NCBI GenBank assembly: GCA_052246995.1
Contig: JBQPWD010000006.1
Location: 1 to 64,000, forward strand
Length of the DNA stretch: 64,000 nucleotides
Source of the DNA: Candidatus Bathyarchaeota archaeon
Lineage (GTDB): Archaea > Thermoproteota > Bathyarchaeia > Hecatellales > Hecatellaceae
Direction: 5' to 3'
The translations under genes and the position numbers were made by a program. Positions 1 through 9,241 of this stretch are shown piece after piece; position 1 is the first letter of the stretch; every line of letters begins with the position of its first letter. A model generated the notes under the pieces. The model saw nothing but the letters and a program-made list of their open reading frames with translations. It was not told the DNA's origin and did not search any database.

Positions 1-1118
1 GTCATCGCACGTGAGAGCTCCATAAGCCTCATCACGGGTACATCTTGAATTAAATGTTGGAAATGAAAGTGAGATGACTCTCTATAACCGAATAATATAT
101 TCAAAAAATATGTTGATGGAGCACCGTGCATACTTTCCAGTTCCATTAGATCCTCTGTGAACTGCTCAACTTTTTCCAAGGCTGTGTAGGCGCTGACGGC
201 CCAATAGGCCTTTTTCATCGTTAGGGCGATGTCGTCGAGCGTTTCGCGCGGCAATTTGGCTCCGAGGATTTTCGGTATGAGGAAAGCCTTCAATTTCCCA
301 GATTGCTTAGTGGTCTCACCTACTGTCACGGTTAATCTTTGTTCAACGAAAGCCAGTCCCACTAGTAGTTTTCTTTTACAGTCTACGCACGCGGCATGCG
401 CCTTCATCGTGAACTCAGGTATTCTGCTCAAATGGGGCATGAACCCTGCTTTGTCAAGGTTATATATGCATAGAATTGTGCCCTCGGGGTAAGACGGGTT
501 CGTTAAAACGTCTTTCTCTTTGCCGCAAACGTGACAAACTCCACGCATTATCGGGTATTCATCGCTCTCGCTTACATAAGCCACATAATACAAGAGTTTC
601 TTGTAGCCCGGCTCCCTTGCCAAGTCTACGATCGCTCCACCTTTCTTCACACAAGCAGTGTATAGAGCGACTTGCTCCTTTTCTTGGCCGAGCAACTTAT
701 CTAGATCCTCGACGTAGCTTTTGTTTTCAGAGAAGAACCTCTCTTTAACTTCCCTAAGGAGCGATAGAAGGTTCACCACATCAGTATCGCTGAGTTTACC
801 GTCAAAGGCTTGAATTATCTGGCCGATCGTCCATTTCCTAGGCTTGCTTGGGTCAAGCAGGTACTTGGAGTTGTCGGTCGTAAGCATCATCTGCGGTTTT
901 TGACCTACTGCATTGCCGATCCATAGATATTCCTCCGCTGCTTTTTCATCACATTTAAATCTGTAGTCGCACTCCAGCTTCCCGTTGTCCAAGTTGAAGA
1001 TTACTTTTGCGAGCAAGGGCTCCCTGCCCTTCCTTCCGCCTTTCAATTTTTCAATTTTGAACTCGCATCCGCCAGCGGAGAGGACGGTCTCGCCGATCTC
1101 CTTTAAGGCCCCGAACAT
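1..1118 (-). CDS. cas8b: CRISPR type I-B large subunit Cas8b (Csh1/TM1802-like), 3' end outside window
   Basis: Not in the ORF track because it runs off the window. Manual translation from ATG at 1118 (1-nt overlap with the cas6 TGA) gives MFGALKEIGE...EYLWIGNAVGQ...GVCHVCGKEKDV...IYNLDKAGF...ACVDCKRKLLVG. It has the CxxC / YxxDKxGF / CxxC pattern of Cas8b1 and lies directly after cas6. Confidence 0.85.
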   Translation of the reverse strand, partial: MFGALKEIGETVLSAGGCEFKIEKLKGGRKGREPLLAKVIFNLDNGKLECDYRFKCDEKAAEEYLWIGNAVGQKPQMMLTTDNSKYLLDPSKPRKWTIGQIIQAFDGKLSDTDVVNLLSLLREVKERFFSENKSYVEDLDKLLGQEKEQVALYTACVKKGGAIVDLAREPGYKKLLYYVAYVSESDEYPIMRGVCHVCGKEKDVLTNPSYPEGTILCIYNLDKAGFMPHLSRIPEFTMKAHAACVDCKRKLLVGLAFVEQRLTVTVGETTKQSGKLKAFLIPKILGAKLPRETLDDIALTMKKAYWAVSAYTALEKVEQFTEDLMELESMHGAPSTYFLNILFGYRESSHFHFQHLIQDVPVMRLMELSRAM

Positions 1119-1864
1119 CAAACCACCTCGAACATCCCAAAGCCCTGTGAGTTCTTAGCTCCTAGACCTGTTTCATACCCAGTCATGATCAGCGATTTCG
1201 GGCCAGCCAAAAGAAATTGTCCCATCCAACCCTTCACGACTGTCCCCTTATATAACGTAATCACTTCTTTAACCCCTAAAGATTCAATTTTAATGTTCGA
1301 CTTTATATTTTTACCCGAAAGTAAGAGATGCTTCTTTTTTAAATTTGAGTTAACAAGTTTTGAAAACTCCATCTCGTATGGTGAAAAATAATAAGTCTTT
1401 TTCCTGCCATCTGATGCCATAAGCGTGCTGTAAACTGTTAAAGGAGAAAGCATGCGTATTTTTAACTGACCGCTGTTAAGATTCGGCTTCGCAGGGAAGG
1501 CCAAATCAATCACCTTGAGCATTTGATTGCCTAAAGCAACAAAGCCCTTCTTCACAATTGAAGTTGCAAGGTCTTCAATGAACCTTTCAATGGGAGAGGA
1601 AATATACAAGGTCAAGTCACCTTTAAAAATGAAATATTTGTTTTTATTCGATATGCAGTGAGCTTCAAGCCTTGAGAACGTAAACATTTTAAATCGCCTC
1701 TTGCCGAAAAGGAAACCCTTGTCGTGTAGGAATTCGGCCAATTCTCGCGAAATATTACGATAAATCCAAGCCTGGATTAAATAATTATAACTTGTTGGCA
1801 AAACAACTTGCCCCTGTTCTGGGTTCCTAAGGTTTAATCGTAGCCTCACGGATTGAAAACCCAC
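1118..1864 (-). CDS. cas6: CRISPR-associated endoribonuclease Cas6
   Basis: YNYLIQ..IY, FKMFTFSRL, LSPLTV and the C-terminal Gly-rich loop GLGAKNSQGFG. Confidence 0.96.
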   Translation of the reverse strand: MGFQSVRLRLNLRNPEQGQVVLPTSYNYLIQAWIYRNISRELAEFLHDKGFLFGKRRFKMFTFSRLEAHCISNKNKYFIFKGDLTLYISSPIERFIEDLATSIVKKGFVALGNQMLKVIDLAFPAKPNLNSGQLKIRMLSPLTVYSTLMASDGRKKTYYFSPYEMEFSKLVNSNLKKKHLLLSGKNIKSNIKIESLGVKEVITLYKGTVVKGWMGQFLLAGPKSLIMTGYETGLGAKNSQGFGMFEVV

Positions 1865-2043
1865 CTAGACAACGTCTTAATTTATAATTTCACATTCACC
1901 TTAAAATATGTATGCAATTAAATCGTCGCAGCTAAAAACTCATTTTTCTGTAAACAGCGACTAACAGTAGGTTGTGTTGTTACGTGTGCTGAATGTTTTT
2001 TGGTTTGTTTTTACTGGCAACATTGGTGTTTTTACCCGTAACC

Positions 2044-2081
2044 GTTCCAATAGTCCTCATAGTTTTAGGCATTGTTGCAAC
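2044..2081 (-). CRISPR. Solitary CRISPR-like direct repeat (38 nt), no array
   Basis: Minus strand GTTGCAACAATGCCTAAAACTATGAGGACTATTGGAAC has the GTT start and an ATTG(A/G)AAC 3' handle typical of type I-B/III repeats. It lies 180 nt upstream of cas6 with an AT-rich leader-like region at 2082-2229. Confidence 0.6.
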
Positions 2082-2107
2082 AATAGTTGGAGTGTTGTTG
2101 CTTTTCT

Positions 2108-2120
2108 GTTAAACCTTTTT
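2108..2120 (-). promoter_or_regulatory. Putative BRE/TATA promoter for the solitary repeat
   Basis: AAAAAG-GTTTAAC on the minus strand, ending 26 nt before the repeat. Confidence 0.4.
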
Positions 2121-2229
2121 AGAGAAAGCTTGCCTGGTTAAAGATACTCAAGCCAAAAACACAGGTTTAAACATGCTTACTGTAGTTTAAAAACCTATTT
2201 TCAAACCTTACTTCCAAAATAAAAACATG

Positions 2230-2574
2230 TTAACCACCAATCTTTGACAAAAACTCTTTTATAGCATCTACAACCTTCATGTTAGGCTTAACCAACACAC
2301 TCTTTATACGGTAACGCTCAAGCAACCTTAAAACCCCTGGACCAAGCTCAGCAGCCAACACAAGATCAACTTTAAAGTCTGCAAGCATCTTTACAACAAC
2401 CGGACCACAACCATAATCATAAGATGCAGCTGGATTGTCAACAACCTGCACACCCCTAACCTGCCCATTTTCAACCTCAACCAAGGTAAAGGTTTTAGCT
2501 CTACCAAAAACTTCCGACACAAAATCCTCCAAACCACCATAACCTTTTGTTGAAACAGCCACCCTCTTCCCCAT
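2230..2574 (-). CDS. NifB/NifX family (dinitrogenase FeMo-cofactor-like) protein
   Basis: VSEVFGRAKTFTLVEVENG...VVDNP...G.G motif of NifX/MTH1175-like proteins. Confidence 0.88.
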   Translation of the reverse strand: MGKRVAVSTKGYGGLEDFVSEVFGRAKTFTLVEVENGQVRGVQVVDNPAASYDYGCGPVVVKMLADFKVDLVLAAELGPGVLRLLERYRIKSVLVKPNMKVVDAIKEFLSKIGG

Positions 2575-2617
2575 AACCTAAACCAACCCCAACATCCTAC
2601 CTACCAAAAAAAGAAGG

Positions 2618-2821
2618 TTATGGTGAAGTTTGCCGCCATGAAGGACATCTACCTCTTCCACCTCCCCCTCCAGGTGAACCCTTATCCAACCTATGAATCA
2701 TCATTGACGATGCTCCACACCTTGGACAGTTAACCGGTTTTGGAACCCCTTGAGGAACCTCTATTATCTGCCCACAACCTCCACATTGAAAACGCTTTAC
2801 TGGTAAACTCAAAGTTTTCAC
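2618..2821 (-). CDS. Small zinc-ribbon protein with Gly/Arg tail
   Basis: CGGCG...CPRCG and GGGGGRGRC tail; overlaps the upstream ORF (operon). Confidence 0.7.
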   Translation of the reverse strand: MKTLSLPVKRFQCGGCGQIIEVPQGVPKPVNCPRCGASSMMIHRLDKGSPGGGGGRGRCPSWRQTSP

Positions 2822-3138
2822 AACCCTGATGGTTTTCCTTTAACCCTTTCAAGCATACTCTTCAACTCTTTTATCCTTGCCTCCACATTACTTATTTCCT
2901 GCTCTATACTGGCTTTTTCATCTTCAAGCTCCTTCTTATAGTCTTCAAGAGCATTCAACTCATCCTCCAAAGACTGAGGAGTCGGCGGCATAGGTGGAGG
3001 ATAATGTGGATACATCGGCGGATAACCATAAGGCATGTAAGGATACTGCTGAGGTGGGTATGCATATGGATATGGAGGTGGATAATACCGCCAACACCTA
3101 TATCTTCTAGGCCAAGGCCATGTCATTTCAACCCACAC
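2818..3138 (-). CDS. Pro/Tyr-rich protein with C-terminal coiled coil (DUF5320-like)
   Basis: YPPPYPYAYPP low-complexity N-terminus, then EDELNALEDYKKELEDEKASIEQEISNVEARIKEL. Confidence 0.7.
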   Translation of the reverse strand: MWVEMTWPWPRRYRCWRYYPPPYPYAYPPQQYPYMPYGYPPMYPHYPPPMPPTPQSLEDELNALEDYKKELEDEKASIEQEISNVEARIKELKSMLERVKGKPSGL

Positions 3139-3141
3139 CCC

Positions 3142-3429
3142 TCACCAATATGGCATGTAAAACGTTGAAGGCCAGTAGGGGTATCCATAAAAACCCCAAG
3201 TTGGAGCCATGTATGGCCATGCATAACCAGCATAGGGATACCCATACCAGTATTGTAGATGTGCCCACCAACATCTTGGAAGCCATGGAAACCTAGCACA
3301 AACCCATGGATACGGGTAACCCCACAACCACCTACCAAAACCAAAAATCCATCCTGGTCTTTGCCAAGGAGGCAAATAGCTAAACGGGCCTCTTCCAGGC
3401 CAAGGTCCAACCCACGCCATTTTTGTCAC
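3142..3429 (-). CDS. Trp/Pro/Tyr/Gly-rich small protein (DUF5320-associated N-terminal type)
   Basis: GPWPGRGPFSYLPPWQRPGW and CARFPWLPR motifs; GAGGTGA RBS upstream; first gene of the operon. Confidence 0.65.
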   Translation of the reverse strand: MTKMAWVGPWPGRGPFSYLPPWQRPGWIFGFGRWLWGYPYPWVCARFPWLPRCWWAHLQYWYGYPYAGYAWPYMAPTWGFYGYPYWPSTFYMPYW

Positions 3430-3685
3430 CTCTAACTATTTTGTGCTTATGCACATTTTCAATTGTATGAAAAAGCACAGAAATATATAAATCTTACTCC
3501 TACAACACACATAAATGAAGCTGAACCAGGAGAACAAGTAAATGCTTAAAAAGAAAAACCAAAAACACATTCACAAAACTGGAAAACATTATAGGAAAAG
3601 CTGTAAACAAGCCTCCCTACAGGTTTTAGAGAAAGTTTACACCCACTTATTAACAATAATAAAATAATAGAAGGATGAAACATCC

Positions 3686-4012
3686 ATGTGGAGATGTAGG
3701 TTTAGATGTGGTAGAAGGGGAAGATTTCCCAAGCCAGTTATGTTAGGATCAACACCGCCAATCAACGGCTTCATTCCAAACCCCCCCAGCAACATGGACC
3801 CAATCTTCCTAGAACTAGCCGAACTTGAAGCCTTCAGGCTAGTTGACCTGGAAGGATTAACACAAGAAGAAGCTGGACAAAGAATGGGAGTTTCAAGAGG
3901 AACAGTCTGGCGTCTTGTCCAAAGAGCAAGAAGAAAGGCAGCTCAAGCCCTCAGCGAAGGAAAGCCCATCTACATCATTCCACAAGAACCTGAAAACCGT
4001 CCTCAACAGTAA
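3686..4012 (+). CDS. DUF134 (UPF0251) HTH DNA-binding protein
   Basis: ELEAFRLVDLEGLTQEEAGQRMGVSRGTVWRLV; divergent from the NifX cluster. Confidence 0.92.
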   Translation: MWRCRFRCGRRGRFPKPVMLGSTPPINGFIPNPPSNMDPIFLELAELEAFRLVDLEGLTQEEAGQRMGVSRGTVWRLVQRARRKAAQALSEGKPIYIIPQEPENRPQQ

Positions 4013-4160
4013 ACTTTCCCAATTTAAAAACCAAATAAACCAAGCTTAACCTTGTAGACGAAAAAGCTTTTCCACTTTCAAACCAGCCTATAAAAGTTAA
4101 ATTTTAGTTGATTCTTAATTGATGGTGAAAGTTTAAGGGCGGGATTTTGAGGATTAAGGG

Positions 4161-4673
4161 ATGAAAGTTACCCCATGGAAAAACGTTAAAACTTGGCAGT
4201 GTTACGGCTGCGGGGAAATATGCTGCAACTCCCCAATTGTACCTTTAACCTTAGATGAATGGTTAAAAATTACTGGAAAGTTTGGGCCTGAATATGTTGA
4301 ATTTAACGTTTCAGGTTTTTACCTTAAATGCAACCCCAACGGTTGTGTTTTCAGGTTTAAAATTCGAGACAAACATTTATGCCTAATCCAAGACATTAAA
4401 CCTAAAGCATGTAAACTTTGGCCCTTCAAAATCTACAGAAAACCTTTATACGGCTTTGTTAACGAGTCAACCTTCAACTATAGTGGAGAAAACTTTCACA
4501 TCTACCTAGACACAAAATGTAAAGGTATAGTTTACGGTAAACCTTCAGAAGAATTTACCAAAAAAATTATACCTGAATTTATTGAAATCCTACTGGACAA
4601 AAAAGGAGAACAAGTCTACTCCACAGGTAAATTCCCATTTAAACCCACAATCTTCAGATCCCTATACTTTTAA
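4161..4673 (+). CDS. YkgJ-family Cys-cluster (CxxCxxCC) protein
   Basis: CYGCGEICC...CVF...CLI...KPKACKLWPF. Confidence 0.85.
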   Translation: MKVTPWKNVKTWQCYGCGEICCNSPIVPLTLDEWLKITGKFGPEYVEFNVSGFYLKCNPNGCVFRFKIRDKHLCLIQDIKPKACKLWPFKIYRKPLYGFVNESTFNYSGENFHIYLDTKCKGIVYGKPSEEFTKKIIPEFIEILLDKKGEQVYSTGKFPFKPTIFRSLYF

Positions 4674-4865
4674 AAAACTAAAAAGAAAACATAAAACCCA
4701 CACTTAAAAAGGTTGACAGAACCATCCCTTCTAGAATTGTTAAAAACCTAAAAACTGATGGTTGTATTTTAAAAATAAAAACACTAAAATACCAGTTTAG
4801 AAACTTTAACCTGTAAAATCTTTAACAAAAACTTTTTCTCAACAAAATTTTTAGGTGAATGTAAA

Positions 4866-6353
4866 TTGAAGCTTATTGGTAGAATTGCCGACGGCTCAAC
4901 AGAAACCTTTGCCAGAGTTATTTTGCTTAAAGGATTGGAAAGAGAAATTTTTGCAGAACAACTTGTACTTGTTAAAAATGGAGGAGAAGAAAACCCTTTA
5001 AACCAGATTTTAGGTGTTCTTAGAGGAGGCCTAGGTAAAAACGAGTTTTTAAGCCCAACATCCTACAGACCTGACGTAGCCTACATGAGGTATGGTGGAG
5101 AACCTTCAGGTGCCAGAGAAGTTTACTCCTTCATAGTTAAACCTATAGGTGTTGTTACCAACGAAGGTTTAGAAACAAACCTAGCAATAATCCAGCCAAG
5201 GTCTCCAGTGTACCTTTTAGAGGAGGAAGACAACCCACTTCAATGGATAGCCAAGAAAGACGAAGTTTTATGGATGGATGCATTCATGGAGGAACATGAA
5301 TCTTGGAAAATACCTGTATACAAGTTTTTTATCCCATACCATACAGGTGTTTACGGAAGCACAGGAAGCGGAAAATCCTGGTTTACACGCTTCATCCTCA
5401 TACCATTATACGTCAACGCAGGATACAAGGTGCTTGTACTAGACTGGAGTGGAACAGACTACACACCACACTACACAAACCTAAACAACACTGAAGTTGT
5501 AAGCCTTACAGACATAACACTTGACGAAAACTCAATTTTAAGCTACCTTAAAGATAAAACAGACGATTTTGGCGGAAACGAAAACGTTAAAGACGCTTTT
5601 GACTCTTTTGTTGAAGGTTGGCTGGAAAAGGTTGAAAAAGCCTTAAACGAAGCAATGCGTGAAGAAAAAAAACCTGAACAAGTTCTTTATGAAAACCTTA
5701 AAAACCATGTAACCGAACAGGTTGGAGGCATAAGCGACAAAAGGTCAAAAACTGCTGCTGAAAGAGCTGTAAGAAAAGTTTTTAGAAGATTTAAACCTGA
5801 AGACCTAGAACCCATAATGGGATTAATAACCATTGAAGAACTTCTAGATAAACTTAAAACCAAAAACATTGTTGTTGTAGACATGGGTGGAGCTTTAACC
5901 GAAGCAAAACTTGGATTTTTCCTATCACTTTCCAAACACCTTTACAGTTTAATGGAAGACGGAAAAGACCTAAAAATGGCTTTAGTAATAGATGAAGCAC
6001 CACAATACGCCCCATGGGAACCTAAAGGTATTCAACGTGAAACAACAGAAATGATTAAAAACCTTGCAGCCTTAGGTAGAAAACGCATGCTTAACCTTAC
6101 ATTAATAGCCCAGGGAATTAAAGGTGAAATTGGAATCAACGCCGCTGTTAGAAGAAACCTTAACACACACTTTTTCGGCAGAATCCACCCACTAGACGCT
6201 GGTGGTGAAGGTGGAGCTTCAGAGTGGCTTTCACCCTACGGAATAACCCCAGACCAGCTACTTCAACTAAAACCTGGAAAATTCTACTTTACAGGTGTAA
6301 TGAACCCTTCACCCATACCAATACTAATAACCTACAAACCACCTAAACGATGA
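4866..6353 (+). CDS. herA: HerA/DUF87-family ATPase
   Basis: N-terminal HAS-barrel-like region, Walker A HTGVYGSTGSGKS, vLDWSG, Walker B LVIDEA, GRKR and IAQ motifs. Confidence 0.88.
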   Translation: MKLIGRIADGSTETFARVILLKGLEREIFAEQLVLVKNGGEENPLNQILGVLRGGLGKNEFLSPTSYRPDVAYMRYGGEPSGAREVYSFIVKPIGVVTNEGLETNLAIIQPRSPVYLLEEEDNPLQWIAKKDEVLWMDAFMEEHESWKIPVYKFFIPYHTGVYGSTGSGKSWFTRFILIPLYVNAGYKVLVLDWSGTDYTPHYTNLNNTEVVSLTDITLDENSILSYLKDKTDDFGGNENVKDAFDSFVEGWLEKVEKALNEAMREEKKPEQVLYENLKNHVTEQVGGISDKRSKTAAERAVRKVFRRFKPEDLEPIMGLITIEELLDKLKTKNIVVVDMGGALTEAKLGFFLSLSKHLYSLMEDGKDLKMALVIDEAPQYAPWEPKGIQRETTEMIKNLAALGRKRMLNLTLIAQGIKGEIGINAAVRRNLNTHFFGRIHPLDAGGEGGASEWLSPYGITPDQLLQLKPGKFYFTGVMNPSPIPILITYKPPKR

Positions 6354-6359
6354 GGAAAA

Positions 6360-7532
6360 ATGGCTGAAGAGTTAATTGAATGGGTTAAGCTTCCACAAGA
6401 CTTACAACACAGATTTTTTGAACTAGCTTGGGGGGAGGCTGAAAAACTAACAGAAACAGTTCAACAACTCAACCAGCAACTTAAAGATTTAAAAGAAAAA
6501 CTTCAACCATACATTGAAACCCTACCCTCATCAGACAAAACCTTAACAGTTGCAGCAGTAGACAGCTCAAGATCTCCAGTTTTAAGTGAAAGACTAGGTG
6601 TAAGGTATGGCGTATTTGCCACAGGAATAGTTCTTGTTAAGGGTGTGGAAAAAAGGAAGGAGGATTTTGGAGCTGGAGTTTTTAAAAGAAAACAAGCCTT
6701 CTCAACCGACAAAAGTAGACACTTTTTTAACCTACTAACAACCTACACTGAAAGAAAAATGGCTTTAGAAGCCTTAAACCAATGCGACCTACTAATCCTA
6801 GATGGAAGCTTCTACTCCTTTGTTTATGGGGCTCTTAGAATGAAAAAGTCAGGATTATATGGGGACTACGAGGATAAAGTTTTAAGGAAAACCTTTGAGG
6901 CAACAGAAACCTTAAGAAAAAGTGGCAAGGTTATCGGCGTAGTTAAAAGAAGCCATACAAGAGCTATTGGAGGATACCTTGCACTTAAACATGAAGATAA
7001 ACTTTTTACAACAATAATAGACAAGCTTATACTTTCAACATTAATGCCTGAAAAATCGGTTTTTAGCTACCGTAAAATTTTAGGTGAAACACCAACCCCA
7101 ATCTACACAACAACAGCCGAACTATTGACATCTAAAAAACATGGTAGTAAAGATGTGGTAATGGAAGCTGAGGAAAGGGTGTACGCACCTTTTGAAACTT
7201 TAAAACTTGAAAAACAAGGATTTAAAGAAATGAGAAGAATCCAAGTTAAATACCACAAGGACCTACCACCATGTGAAATTGAATATCCATCATCCATACG
7301 TGAAGATGAGTTTTTAAAAATGCTTGGACAGAAAAACTTTTTTAACGAAGCCACAAACCTCCCCATAGCCTTAGACCTTGTAGATAATGCGGTAAGCTTA
7401 TCAGCAAAGTTTACAGAAGAATTTGTATCAGAAGTTGAGGGAAGAGTTTTAGAGGAAATAGCAAAAAACATGGAAAACCAAAACATTGTAAAAACATTCT
7501 TTACACTACTCAACCCACAAAAACAATACTAA
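6360..7532 (+). CDS. nurA: NurA-family nuclease
   Basis: AAVDSS, LILDGS, GVVKRS motifs; immediately after herA. Confidence 0.85.
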   Translation: MAEELIEWVKLPQDLQHRFFELAWGEAEKLTETVQQLNQQLKDLKEKLQPYIETLPSSDKTLTVAAVDSSRSPVLSERLGVRYGVFATGIVLVKGVEKRKEDFGAGVFKRKQAFSTDKSRHFFNLLTTYTERKMALEALNQCDLLILDGSFYSFVYGALRMKKSGLYGDYEDKVLRKTFEATETLRKSGKVIGVVKRSHTRAIGGYLALKHEDKLFTTIIDKLILSTLMPEKSVFSYRKILGETPTPIYTTTAELLTSKKHGSKDVVMEAEERVYAPFETLKLEKQGFKEMRRIQVKYHKDLPPCEIEYPSSIREDEFLKMLGQKNFFNEATNLPIALDLVDNAVSLSAKFTEEFVSEVEGRVLEEIAKNMENQNIVKTFFTLLNPQKQY

Positions 7533-7685
7533 GCAAATTTCCAAGCAGCTAAGATACGAACAAACCCTAACCCTTCTACACACAAAAAACAAAAATTAAG
7601 GTCAATAACTACAAAAATAGCTTTTACCGTTTATTTACCTAATTTACTGTAAAAAGACAAGTTCATTGTATCTTTGTTGCCGCAT

Positions 7686-8552
7686 CTACACTTTTGGCGG
7701 TTTAACAACGTCCCCAGTAGCCCTTAAAACCCATACACCTTCTTTTTCAGCCCTTTCTACCAGGTCAGGCATAGCTAAACTTGTGTACACAACCTTCAAA
7801 ATCCTTGGTTTAAGCTTTTCAGGGTAAATCCTCCTAAGAATTTCAACATCCCCGTTAATTTTATCTATTACGTTGGATGACGCCCTAACAGTTGCCTCGC
7901 CTACAATACATACTTCATCGGATACACCATAAACGTTTATTTCAACCTTTGGCAGTATAAGTGGAGCCAACTTAACATCATAACCCATTTCTTTAAGCCT
8001 ATACTGGATAACAATCCTAGCCTCATCCTCAACATCTAAAGTTACCTTTTCCAACGTCCTCTCAACCCTAGAAAGCCTAGCGTCTAACCTTTTAAAAACT
8101 TTATTCGTATCTTCTCTAAGCCTATTCATATCCTCCCTTAACTTGGTTATTTCCTGTGCATGTTTCTCCAGTATTTCATCATGTCTTTTAAAACCTGCAA
8201 CCATGTCCTCCCTAAGCTTAGCTATCTCCTCGTCGTGTCTTTTAAAACCTAAAATCATATCTTCCCTAAGCCTATTCATATCTTCTCTAAGCTTAGCTAT
8301 CTCCTCATCATGTCTTTTAAAACCTAAAATCATATCTTCCCTAAGCTTAGCTATCTCCTCATCATGTCTTTTAAAACCTAAAATCATATCTTCCCTAAGC
8401 TTAACAAGTTCAGCTTCATGTTTATCCATTCTACGAAGTATTTCCTCAAAACCAAGCAAACCTGCAACAGCATAACGAAACTCAACATCCTCCCTAAGCA
8501 AAGCAAAAAACTTAGCCTTAAGCTCACCAACATCCATCAAACATTCACGCAC
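7686..8552 (-). CDS. Coiled-coil repeat protein with C-terminal PD-(D/E)XK-like domain (DUF3782/paREP-like)
   Basis: LLREDVEFRYAVAGLLG N-terminus, REDMILGFKRHDEEIAKL repeats, C-terminal EINVYG...GEATVR...AEKEGVWV; start may be the ATG at 8537. Confidence 0.8.
   Translation of the reverse strand: MRECLMDVGELKAKFFALLREDVEFRYAVAGLLGFEEILRRMDKHEAELVKLREDMILGFKRHDEEIAKLREDMILGFKRHDEEIAKLREDMNRLREDMILGFKRHDEEIAKLREDMVAGFKRHDEILEKHAQEITKLREDMNRLREDTNKVFKRLDARLSRVERTLEKVTLDVEDEARIVIQYRLKEMGYDVKLAPLILPKVEINVYGVSDEVCIVGEATVRASSNVIDKINGDVEILRRIYPEKLKPRILKVVYTSLAMPDLVERAEKEGVWVLRATGDVVKPPKV
8118..8396 (-). repeat. Intragenic tandem repeats built from 54-, 75- and 21-nt units
   Basis: Four GFKRHDE-containing units (18, 18, 18, 25 aa) plus two REDMNRL heptads; near-identical DNA copies. 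Confidence 0.95.
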
Positions 8553-8630
8553 CTATCCAAAAGGTTATAATTTCTTAAAGCTATATATATGTCACTATTC
8601 TTGATGTTACAGGGAAAAATAAATGGTTGT

Positions 8631-9160
8631 ATGAGCTTATTTTTGGTTGGGAAAGGAGTAGCCTTAATCGTTTCATTAAACATGTTTATGTTTAGGTTAA
8701 GCTTTCCAATAATTGTTTTAGTTTTCCTGTCATCCCAATACCAGGGGCTATAAGAAAGTGCCGGCTATCAAAACACTTCTTAAGCAACCCACATGACCAT
8801 TAAATCCACTGTCAAGTTCTTTTTCACCAGCAAATTTTTTAATAAACCCCGTTGCCCTTTGTATTATTTCTAAAGTAAGTTCTGGGGTTTACAATCTAGT
8901 AGTTTTTATTGCAACGTTCATTGTTGGATTGGTCTTGCTTCTATAGGAAGAAAATTGTTGAAGTTCGCAAAACAAAATCTGAATACAAATAAGAAATTAA
9001 TCATTGCTTCAATAGCGCTTTTCGTTTATTTCACCTTTTTCTTTTCATTATTTGCAATCAACATAGTTATAGTTATACCAGAAGAAGGTATTGTAGATAT
9101 ATTCACCCATTATGTATGAGTTTTCTTTGGAATTTTTTTTGTTAAGGTATTATTTTTAAT
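8631..9160 (+). pseudogene. Possible decayed membrane-protein gene
   Basis: Short hydrophobic frames (GVYNLVVFIATFIVGLVLLL; IIASIALFVYFTFFFSLFAINIVIVIP) broken by stops and frameshifts. Confidence 0.3.
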
Positions 9161-9181
9161 GTTTCTTCTTAAGATAAATCA

Positions 9182-9198
9182 GGGTATTGGTGCCACGG
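9182..9198 (-). mobile_element. att-like duplicate of the tRNA-Phe 3' end
   Basis: gggtattggtgccacgg matches gggtattggtgccgcgg at 19225-19241 at 16/17 positions, same orientation. Confidence 0.55.
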
Positions 9199-9241
9199 TA
9201 TTAAAGCTTAAACTCTTTCAACTCGCGGATAGGTTTAAAAT

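Noticed and set aside
229-748. Plus-strand ORFs 229-492 and 476-748
   Set aside because: Antisense to cas8b.
1941-1955. Partial match of the putative mini-spacer to the cas6 upstream region (GTTTACAG vs GGTTACGG)
   Set aside because: Only 6/8 with seed mismatches and no recognisable PAM; too weak to call a target.
8887-8915. GTTTACAATCTAGTAGTTTTTATTGCAAC resembles an archaeal ~30-nt CRISPR repeat
   Set aside because: Single copy, different from the 2044-2081 unit, no cas gene adjacent, and it lies within a hydrophobic coding remnant; probably chance.
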